From the NCBI GenBank assembly GCA_000934665.2, contig KZ538506.1, positions 45,808-65,807 of the forward strand: 20,000 nucleotides of DNA. The letters are read 5' to 3'. Source of the DNA: Catajapyx aquilonaris. Lineage: Eukaryota. Positions 9,401 to 20,000 of the stretch are shown here, piece after piece. The notes beneath the pieces are model-generated. The model made no database searches. It was given only the letters and a program-made list of their open reading frames with translations, and was not told the origin of the DNA. The stretch's first letter is position 1. Each line of letters opens with the position of its first letter. A program made the translations under genes and the position numbers.

Positions 9401-12400
9401 GAGGGACGTTTAAAGCGCATATGCTGCATGGTAATCTTATGACTGGCATAAATGTCCTCTCGCCATTGTGCCACAGAGTTAGAGTCCATATAATTTCTTG
9501 ATTGCCTTGCGCAATCACCCAGGGATGGTTGGTGAACTGGGGAGGGGAAAACCTTCTTTTTAATCTCATGGACCCCTTGAAAATTACTGGGTGCCCAGAA
9601 AGAAGCTAGAATGTGCAGGGTGTTCCACAAACCAAATTGCTGAAGTTCATTTAAGCCATTTGGGCTCAACGATAGGAATAAACGCACATTAATTTTTTGC
9701 TATCCTCCCCCGCACTTTATCATGACATTTAGACGTGACCCTGACAAAGGGCAAATGATAAAAAAAGGCATATCAATTCCCTCACTAAGCAGTTAAAAAT
9801 CCGAATTTGAATATGTATTGCACTAAGTCTGGGGTATGAAATACGCAATTCGTCTTCTATATAAAGAGCCCCCTTTTTCCTAAGAATCGGTCAAAGGGCA
9901 GAAGAAGAAGCAAAAAAAAAAAAAGCGGATACACAAGTAAAGCCACTCAGACTACTACTTCCTCACAGCCTATACCCCCATCCGATTTGCTTGTAAATCT
10001 ACAAGTTCCCTGAGGCCTACGTTGCTCTACGAGTCTACGGTTCTTCCATCTCGCAATAAGGAGATGGACCATTTCCCTCGAGGCTTTTTTTTCTCCCCCC
10101 GCCATGTTTTGCCCCACTTCCCAGCATGCACCTCGTTTTCCGAACGCTCAAGACGGATCAAAAGAAGGACTTGTGATCGGGTTTTCTTCGACTCGAATCG
10201 ACGTCCTCCTTGCAGAACGGGACATGGGTCATTTCGACGGATTGATTTTAAGACGAGATTAACGTTGGTCCTTTGACATGTGCAAACTGTGCAGCGTATT
10301 TGGACATTTCGTTCTCCCCAGGAGGCTTCAGCTTCAATTTAGGACAAGCGTACCAAGGAGATGACTCTAAAAGCTTTCTTTCGGCATGTCGGAGCGAATG
10401 CGCCGAATTTTATAGCATTTAAAGCAGGTCGGAAGTTTAAGCCCGGTTTTTAGCTAGCATATAGGTTGTGTATGTTTTGCACAAAATGCGTAGCGGAAAC
10501 TCAACTAACAACTTCATTACACACTATAGGTGCACAAAGGCATTCTGCAATTACTTGAGGCGGTCCTTGTGTGTGCGAGCATGCAACGTAAAATGAATAA
10601 ATTCAACTTCAGTATATTCAGTACTCCCTACAGCCGCTTATACGCAAGATACAGAAAAACCACCTTCGCATTCGTGAGAGTAGGAAATTAAAGCAAAGCG
10701 CAATATTATATTACACCAACACACACATATACACAACACATGCAGATGGGGAAGTGCAGAATAAACCCAGCAGGCATATACATGTACTGTACATTCTAAT
10801 TTTCCTCAGAAAGCCTATATGTATTTGTACTATGAATTTCAGTTCTGGGAATGAAGTCACTCGCTTTTGTAAACCGCCACCACATAAAAATTTCAAGTAT
10901 TTCATATTATTCTCCTACGCATTATAATTACACACACATATATATAGTGTTTATCCCACCCATGCAGAGCTTCCAAAATTTCATTAGGCCCCTATACAGC
11001 TTTCTATTCCGACGAATGAATAATTTAGATAGGACATACGTACTGCATCTCTCGAGTACCATGTTACATCTCACAGAAACACTTCTAAATCTAATCTCTG
11101 AAACCTTTACATTCAACAAGACAGAGCTTAAGTTAAAAAGTCTCCCAAGTGCAAAATCTTCTCACGCAGTTAGGGTATCGCCTTTAATGCAAGGCATCAA
11201 CTTTATGAAAATGGGGAGCTATCGAGCTATCGTTTCTCCAGCGCAATATCCACTGGAAACCCAGCACACGCCAGCCTACAGTTCCTAGACAAACCTTTTT
11301 CCTGCCACATGTAAATGATGGTTAACAAAGTCGAAAAACGGGTGGGATACATGCACAACTATAGGACACGTGGGACCTTACAGTTTTGCTTTGTCAGCAA
11401 TTTTCAACAAAAAATCCACGTCAAATTGTTCGTCCCAGCTACAAGCATATCTGGATCCCAATAGAAAGTTGTGCACCCAACAAATTTTGAGCTTGCCACT
11501 CTATAAGAGGAGCAAATGGCCTTCGAAAAAAAAAAACAACGTGCCACTACTCCGACTGGCAGGGTGAAAAAACGAGCAAGTCCGGAAGCAATAATTTTCA
11601 TCCTCAGCATCTCAGCCCAGCACTTAAGAAAAATCGGTCCTCGAAGCATCAAGACATATCGAGCCAGTCAAAACCCGCTCGCACCACCCATAAAAAATGG
11701 TCCGTCCAGCAGAAAACGGGCCACAATTTTTCCCAATTCCAATATCGCTGAAGAAGCTAAAGCGAAGGCCGACGAGTGGCATGATCAGTACATTGTGCAG
11801 TTTCCACCACGACATTCCAGATAAAGAGGGGCAAGATCCATGACATAAGGGGGGGATAAGCGGGCTGTGTTCGGGCGAAGGCCAACTGGGGGGCGGGGTG
11901 GCGGGGCGAAGCCCCACCGCCGAACATAGCGAGTCTGTCGTCCGCGAAATCCGCGAAAAGGAACAACACTCTCGTAAAAGTAGCAAGATGATATCTGCTG
12001 GCTCCAGCAGTAAAACTTGCATGAATCTCTTCTCTGTTTGGGCGTCTGCGGCCAGAGTCGAAAGTTTCAGAATTTATGGGGCGTCGTGTCTCTCCCCGCC
12101 ACCCAGCCTCCTCTGNAAGCCTTCCTCAGAAAGTCTAATGGCCTCCTCCCAAAGTCGGCTACAAACTTGGCACCTTGTTTCCCCCACATCCAACGCAATC
12201 CATCACCCAGCCAAAATGGGTAGCCTTACACCGATTACAAGCCGGACGCCTCCAAACCCTAATCCTAATCCCAATTAACGCCGTGTCCTTCGCGGCTCAT
12301 TACACAAATTAGGTTCCATCCTTCCCGATCCACTTGGTCGCAGCTAGTTTTTGTAACTATGGGAGCCAAGCCAGAAATTAAGAGGCGGTGGTGTATAACT

Positions 12401-14050
12401 CATTTCTAAGCGCCAAGTTAGTGGACAGAGGACAAGTGAGCTCTGGTTGACCTTGACCTAAAGTTCATCGAACAGTCTTTACTAATTTAAAAAAAATGTC
12501 AATTTATAATCACATACTGCAACCACTGACATCAAAGGGTCACAAAAAAGTGGTCCATTTTGCTCAACTACTGAAGTGCGCACATTATCCGGCTATACCC
12601 AAAGGTGGGCAACTAATTGACTCCAGGGGTCGTCATTGAAAATCGGATCTAGCCAATTCCACGCTGTAAATGGGATCGGAACAAGTTTTATTCAGGGCTT
12701 GAAAAAAATAGATCCGAGTGTGCCGATCCCATTCCCATTAGTTTCAAAAAAAAATATATAGAGGACACGCCTCTGATCGGCTCCTTTTGGGTTGATCGAC
12801 CATTTTTTAAAAAAAATGGATCAAAGGGGGCGAAAAAAGACGGGCGAGATGATCATTCTCTTGCAGGCAGGGTTGCAAATGCCCCGGGGCAGCATCCTGG
12901 CAAGATCCCCAACGACCCAGCCCAATACCTACCAGCCATAAATCCAGTCCTATACCAACGACCTACCATGCAGAGGCTGTGTTGCAATCGACGTTCTGAA
13001 AGGTCATACCGGAGTGCACTCGAGGGTGTTGATGACAGCTGATGCCCAGTAGGTGGGTCTGCATGCGTTCCCACAGGTTGAGCCAAATTTTAGTGCAAAA
13101 AAAAACAAAAAAAAAACAGGGTGTACCACGAAGAAGTCCGCATTATCAGCAAAAAACCCGCCAACATTCCGCCATTACAGAGCCACTGAGCGGATTCAAC
13201 AATCGAATAAGCTGTACTTGAAATCCCCCTCGATGCGCCACTTAGCTTCAGCATGGGAATAATTAGAGATAACTGCGGCATGTATGAAAATTAGCATTAC
13301 ATAATGCCCCTCCTGACCAGACTGATGGTCCAGAATCATCTCCACACTCACGCTCCAGAACTCACACCCTGAAGGCCCTTAATATCCCGAAACACTGTAC
13401 ATGAATATCGACCGGAAAAAATCAGAACACTGGATGCCTATATACCTTGGGAAAAAAAAGAACGAAACAATCAAGGTAGCTGCTAAACATGCTCCAGGGG
13501 CTTGGTGTCTCCAATCCAATAAAACAGGGAAGTTCCCTCGTGTTTTCCGCCAAGGATTTAAGACTTATAACGTCCCCTCCCCCGCTCTCTTTGGTCACAA
13601 AGGAAATGGAAACGGGCCCTGAAGTTGCGCATCTAGAAAATTTGACGCGAATTCACCCTATCCCTCCCAGCCTCACCCTATTGAGGACCTGTACTCTTTT
13701 AATATCTCAGCCACTTTCTCCTCTTCAAAGGCAGGTCATTACTAAACTACCCCGCAGCATCTTTCATCTCTGTTCTTCCTCCTCCTTCCTCTTCCTTTAC
13801 TCCGCTTCCTATATTTTCTATAGATAGCTCGGCAATTACTTGAAAATTTATCGTCTTCCGAGTCTTAAATGATGAAAAGGAAAGGTGCAGCATCCCAACA
13901 GATTTCGCATTAAGTGCTGCAGTCGTGAAAGCATTGCTTAGAACCTTAGATAAACATCTCCCAAGAACCATTCCTGGCAAATTTGGTACAGTACCACACT
14001 CGTAAGTATACTGCACTGTACAGTGTTGGACATTAATCGCGTCATACTAC

Positions 14051-14203
14051 GAAGTGATAGAGTGTGAGCCGTGCGAGTAAGAAGATGTAGGCCTTGAGTG
14101 ACGTCACCGGCAGTGGGGCAATGGAGAAAAGGCTTGTCCCCAGCCAGTGACGTCACCGAAGGGCTACCATTTCTTACTCGCACGGCTCGCACTCTATCAC
14201 TTC
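14051..14203. mobile_element. Near-perfect 153-bp palindromic element, probable MITE
   Basis: The outer 33 nt GAAGTGATAGAGTGTGAGCCGTGCGAGTAAGAA match the reverse complement of 14171-14203 at 32/33 positions. Imperfect pairing continues inward to a loop of roughly a dozen nt. Each arm carries GTGACGTCAC. Confidence 0.8.
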
Positions 14204-15114
14204 CATTTGCACTTCTGCCGCATCAGAAAATGTCGCAAGCAGTATGACGGGATTAATGTCCAAACACTGTACAACCTATAGCACTGGGCATTACGCATGA
14301 GGTGAGATCTACACTTTTCAGATAACTTTTAGTTACACGCGGAGCAGACGCCTGAAGCTCTAAGTAATTAATATGCAACTGAAAAGCCCTTAGTAATTTC
14401 TCAGCACTCACGCATTTGCGTACAGAAACTCCCACTTGTTAGCTAACCATGAAACGGACCAGGTTGTTTTCTAATAAGAAGTTGTTAGAACTCTTGTAAT
14501 GCCTACGGTTGGTGTAATTACCTGACGCTCCGTACTGTAGATATTTGAGAAACTGGCCAGATGCCTGGAATGCACGCAGGCGGCGAATCAACACTGCTGA
14601 AATGCTGTTATTATAAGAGCCCCCCCCCCCCCTCTAGCCTCCCCATTCCTTTCCTTACCCACCACGTCCACCCTCCAGAACAGAATCCCCAATTTCCTTG
14701 GAAATTTCCGCGCCTCCGCACCCGCAAAATTCATTCTGAACTGTCATGGATCCTTGAGAAGCGCAAGAAGCTTTTGAGCTCCCAAGGAATTCACATCCAC
14801 CCCTTCAGCAATTGGTCCCGCTCATTTGTTTCCCAAGAATTTTAATTAAACCATACCAGATTATAGGGACTTGGCTTCAAGTGACTTCAGTGCGGTGATT
14901 GGATAGATCCGAGATCATCCACGGCGATTAGGCGACGAATAAATGTTTCAACTAGTTACATAGTCAACTGGCATATACTTTATCTTCCTATCATAAATGT
15001 CAAGCAGTTTGAAATGCCCCAGATAGCAACACCGACAGTTGTCGATCTCCAACCCAACAAAGAGTGGACAGCGTCAAACTCTCCCATAGCTTCAGCACGC
15101 ACGACCTGTCCTCC

Positions 15115-15471
15115 GTCCATGATGTCAACTTCGTTACGAAGCAAATGACACTTCTCTAAACTTCCGCTTTAATTGGGATGTCTCAACCTGACTCGATTAT
15201 AAGGTGACAGTAATTCATTCCTGTTTACCACATCGCCTGTTCTGAATCGCGGACGTGGAGCGTGCCATGTTTTCGCCTCGCTTTTCAAACGGNGTCCATG
15301 ATGTCAACTTCGTTACGAAGCAAATGACACTTCTCTAAACTTCCGCTTTAATTGGGATGTCTCAACCTGACTCGATTATAAGGTGACAGTAATTCATTCC
15401 TGTTTACCACATCGCCTGTTCTGAATCGCGGACGTGGAGCGTGCCATGTTTTCGCCTCGCTTTTCAAACGG
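15115..15471. repeat. Exact 178-bp tandem duplication separated by a single N (likely unmerged contig overlap)
   Basis: 15115-15292 and 15294-15471 read identically, with an N at 15293 exactly at the junction. Confidence 0.92.
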
Positions 15472-17681
15472 GAACAAAACCACACGCTTCTATAAAACCC
15501 TACGCTTCAGATATTACGTGTTAGGTTTGAAGGACCATCAAGCAGGAAACTCAGGTCAAGCATCAAATATGACGTCAACCTATATAGTGTCGTATGCTGT
15601 GCTAGAGTGGAATTGTGATCAAATGTCAGTGGAAAAACATGGGTTCGTCCAGGGTGATTAATTTCACTTATACAACTGCGGCTTAGAAACTTGTTTGGGC
15701 TTTATTGTCAAATTTCGTCTCGAAAAGTTTTCGCGCATTTGTCACACCTACAGTGAGACACCTTCTCCGGAGACAAACGACTTTCCTCTTTCCATGTAAG
15801 CTTAAGCCTGGGCATATAGAAAATGTACGCTGCGTACGTCCTCATATTGTACGCCTATTGGCAAAAGACCTATTCAAGAACCATTATCTGAAACAGGCAT
15901 CTCGAGCTGTATTATTGAGGAACTTGGAACAAGCAGACAAGTCCCCCGTCTCTTTTTCAAACGACGTCTTTGATCGCAGCAGTGCTACTTTACCCCCTTG
16001 CTCTTGCATCTTCAAAGAAGCCTAATTTGATACTTCCTGCAGAGAGGAATAAATGGAATCGATCTAACCACAGTTGGTTAGCTGACGAGAGTGAAGGGAA
16101 TTTTGCTGAATTAGAATTTAAGAGAAGCCAACCGTGGTATATCCTGAGTTAAATCAAATACCTCCTCGGCAGTATTGTACATTCTGCGATTTCAATATGA
16201 CCTTACATCCGAAAGTTGCTACAACTTGAGCCGGATATATCTCACTGAATGCAAGAGTCGCCATCTTGTTAATTGAGAAGTTGGAGAATTCAGCATCTAG
16301 CTTTTGCAGCCTCTGATGAGTCACTCAAGCATTACCGATTCCAAACCATTCATAATATACTGTAATGATTACCTACATAGTATTGCAAAGATAACGAGAT
16401 CGCATATGAAAAGGTAAATGTGCCCAACTTTGAAATACAATATACCTATAATTAAGATGGGTCTAATCTAGATAGCACAGAACATCCCTGATGTCCTGTT
16501 GCTCCATCCTTTTAATGAGCCGCTAAAAGCTTACGCAGGTAATCAATGTTTATATATGACACCTAACGGCAATTCGTATTAATGGCCTGTTGTAAAGGTG
16601 GCAAAAACGGGACATCAGATAATATTAATCTGCCATGTAACTCATTTTAAATTACCGATTGCGTTCCCGGGAATAACTGAGAATTCACGCCTTTGTTATG
16701 CAACATAACACAGCCACGCCAATATCAGCCTCCATTTGCATGGTGTACTTTGCTTAACGAACAATTTAATGATTGTTATAAAGTCTCGTGCCATCTTACA
16801 ATCTAAACCACGACCTCAGTGACGTGCTTGAAATGCAACGGCTGTGTAGCGTTACTGTACAGTACAATATACAAGTTATCAGTTTGGCTTAGGCACAGTC
16901 CCGGGCTCCCGGCATTAGCAAAAGGGCGCTAACACGTGGCGACCTTTAGTATGAGGACCCTCGGGACAATTAATAATGGCGCAGTCTAGAGCCGGGAACT
17001 TGAAAATTAGTGGAAACGTGCCCTGTTTCGCTGATCGCCGCCAGCAAGCGTATCACTTTGCTATAACCTATACTTTTACTTAAAAGCGTCATTCTCTGTC
17101 GTTATAGTCATAATGGTAACACTCCGGCATCTATGTCATGGCAACCTCAGGGTCATCGCAAGCCACTTTCATGGAAATGCCACCGAAGCTACAAGACAAA
17201 GGACAACTGACTCGCAGTTTATCTACTTTGTAATGCAGAACACACTGCAGGGTAAGCACAATCTGCGGTGGTTCTTCGTCATTATTAAAACATGGTGCAC
17301 CAGACCTTCACACAGCAGACACACGCATCGCGATGATTTAATCCACAGCATGCTTCCACGGTGCTTGGCCCAGCCCATTCTGCTATTCATATAGCTGACT
17401 AATCACGACCTCATTAAAATATTAAACCTGCCTTACCTAATCTCCAGAAAAAATATTGACCCCCGTTAATTGAAAGGTTGCGGTCTCGTTATTCTCCTGA
17501 CAAGGGCATAATTCGACTACCCCGATTTGCTACAAGCTCAGCTGAATTGAATCAATTGCAGGCTCTCTTTTTATATGCGGAATGAGCAGGAGCTCGTCTT
17601 CAGTGTTTCCCATGAGAATTTCAGCATCAGGGATGCACATTCAGCTCCTTTATTGGACCGCCTAAGGGGGCTGCCTGGATC

Positions 17682-17732
17682 ATTACGTAACGTCCTTAAA
17701 GGTGTACGGTACGTTACATCACGTTACGTAAT
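17682..17732. repeat. 12-bp perfect inverted repeat ATTACGTAACGT...ACGTTACGTAAT with a 27-bp spacer
   Basis: Read directly at 17682-17693 and 17721-17732. The spacer contains an extra partial unit ACGTTAC. Confidence 0.55.
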
Positions 17733-20000
17733 ATGTCTAAAACACTTACGATGGAAAAGGTAAAATAAATCACAAGCAGTTCATGGACAGCTATTAGACT
17801 GGTCCAGGTTTGAAACCAGGCTTCGGCGTGACTCTCGGAAACGAGTCGGGACTAAATTGATTTAAATCGGAATGAATGTCAGGGCTCATCAGGTCACGAC
17901 CAGAGGGCCTGGGATGATTCCCCCCGTTTCGAGGGTCTCCCTGATTCCGGATCCATGTAAATACACTCGCTCAGGGACTCAAGCCCGGGTTACTAGGGCT
18001 GTTCCGGGGGAGAGACTCCCGAAAAAAAAAGAAAAAAAAAAGTGGGGGAGAGAGCTGCATAAAAATAGAGTAATTTGCATTTCGGTTCTGCAGCGGAAAT
18101 GTATTGAGCTGAAAAAGCTGTGTAACCCTGGCTACTTGGAACCAGCACTAGGGGTAAAAAGGTTGCGACCATATACCCGGTAAGAGATTGCAGCAAATGT
18201 GTCCCCAGCATTCCTGGGAATGTGAACGCCGAGTAGGCGAGATCCATTACCAAGTAACATTTAACCTGTTGAATACCATGCTATTAATCACTATTTTATG
18301 TGGGGACGGGTTTCTGATGAATTTCCTGATACCTGTAATTTATTATTTAAAATGAACATTTCCACTCAAGCTTTACGAGTACCGAGAATATTCTGAACAA
18401 TTCGTTACCGGGGAGTCACAATGAATCAGAGGGGAAAGTACGAAATGGTTGTTACTCTCAACACATCGTGAGATACATGGCATTAAAACTCATTTTGATG
18501 ACCTTCCGCCCAATTAGGCCAACTTCTCAAAATACCAGTAACCGGACACTGCGTCTCCTGCAGTTGATGCCATGTTCCACGAAAACGCCCTTTTTTCTTA
18601 TGCAGAGTTCCTTCGCCGGGAGCAGATTCCCCGAGACTCACAAAACTGTACTTTTTTTTATGACGGACATAACAAACTTTCGAGGGAGCGTTTCCAGGGG
18701 GGTAATAGAAACCGCAACTTCGCCGTAGCGGGGAACTTGGAGATGAATCGTACCCTGGGTTCAAGTGCAGCCTCCACACCGCCAAATCGAACAGTCAGCT
18801 GCAGAAAGAACCGCTAAATGACCTTTTTGCGGGGGTACACGTGGTGTCTGCTTGGTACAAACAATAAATAACCGGTTGCAACACCATTTTTCATCTACTT
18901 CATCATAGCCGTAAATGACTCTCTCGAAGTGATTGCATTTAGCGGAATCCCTGGCCCCCGGTACTGCAACTGATCCAAGTGCATCATGTGGCCGATCGAT
19001 GCGGATAACGTGCCTGGATTGTGTGTTTTTTTTTTAGCCGTGTGTGACCTTTCACCCTTCCTGAGGCAATAAATCGAAAAATTGGAAAATTCCGCAAATA
19101 GATTAATAAGAACTGGTGGTGTCGAATTTCCACGGCCGTGCCCGAGGTGGAAGCGGGGACACATTGACCATTATAATTCGGGCCTGGAGCCAATGGCCCT
19201 AGGGGGTGGAAGAAACTGTTACGTGGAGGGCATTCAGGGGGAGCGACGACAAGAGTTGGGAACAACAGTTTTCTCCAACTCAATTGCGGTCATTCAAATA
19301 TCCATCGACATTCTGGGATCAAAAGCATGCCAAGGGCACTCACGCTCTCTCGTTTTTTATACATTAAAAAGTACATTTGAACTCAAATATTACTGTCAAC
19401 CCTCAGGCTTTCACCGCTTGGACAGGAGCCTCCGTGGTTCGTTAACTAGCCTCTCAAAAAAAAAAAAGTTAATACTTTGATCTCAGACAGCAAACTAGGA
19501 TCGTTACGAGTGTTACGCGAATTCCAACTTTCCCCATCACTGATTAAAAACAATGTTAGCATCGCGTATAGAGAAGAATACTGCATTAAAGTAGACAAAG
19601 CATACACGGACAGGCGACAAAAAAAAAGGGGGGGGGGGAATTACATGGCCAGGTGCACTTAGCCTTAGGCCAACCTGTTCCCGTAACAAGCAAGTGTAAC
19701 AGCAGGCATGTATACGAGTAAAACTCTCATGCTTCCCTATTCCAGTCCTAACAGCCTAAATCGGATACAAAAAAAAGTGCAAATATACAATGCCATCAAA
19801 CTGGCCCTATGCATGTCCTCGCCATAGTATAACTGTTGTCGCCTCGCAATCCTGATTGGTCTCAACCAAAGAATTGCAGTTCCCTCCTACAATTCCAGGT
19901 GACCAGCTCCTCTAAGCAAAACTATTTACGCCTCCGTCTTCTTCCTGAGGACTTCAGGGCGTAAACCACCGGATTCGTGACCAGCAGTACGGAATGGGTG

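Noticed and set aside
12255..12275. Telomere-like AACCCT AATCCT AATCCC
   Set aside because: Only about three degenerate units; too short to call an interstitial telomeric array.
12867..13052. Plus-strand exon candidate with good acceptor (TTCTCTTGCAG) and donor (AG|GTGGGT)
   Set aside because: All three reading frames contain stop codons within the interval and there is no recognisable homology.
15010..15150. Minus-strand peptide WTEDRSCVLKLWE resembling a Myb/SANT start (Harbinger-type)
   Set aside because: Only a few residues match, the downstream motif is absent and no associated transposase is seen.
15115..15471. Direct repeats as CRISPR array or LTR pair
   Set aside because: Eukaryotic context, only two abutting 178-bp copies, no spacer or internal domain, and an N at the junction.
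17790..18780. Isolated B-box-like words (GGTTTGAAACC near 17807, GGTTCAAGTGC near 18758)
   Set aside because: No properly spaced A box or cloverleaf arms; insufficient to call a tRNA or SINE.

Overview
Eukaryotic (invertebrate animal, plausibly arthropod) genomic DNA, not a prokaryotic accessory region. The only convincing coding sequence is two phase-0 exons (3189-3365 and 1665-1898, minus strand) from the 3' part of the 26S proteasome regulatory subunit gene PSMD1/Rpn2, both with canonical AG/GT splice sites. The rest appears intronic. It holds an hAT-like MITE with an intact 8-bp target-site duplication (439-952), two ~150-bp palindromic MITE-like hairpins (1135-1286, 14051-14203), a tRNA-derived SINE-like head (3418-3493) and several degenerate inverted repeats. 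There are three single-N positions (2096, 12116, 15293); the last is flanked by an exact 178-bp duplication that is probably an assembly artefact. I recognise none of the other short ORFs in the six-frame track as genes and found no supportable evidence for a novel multi-gene system. The findings below are of modest interest.
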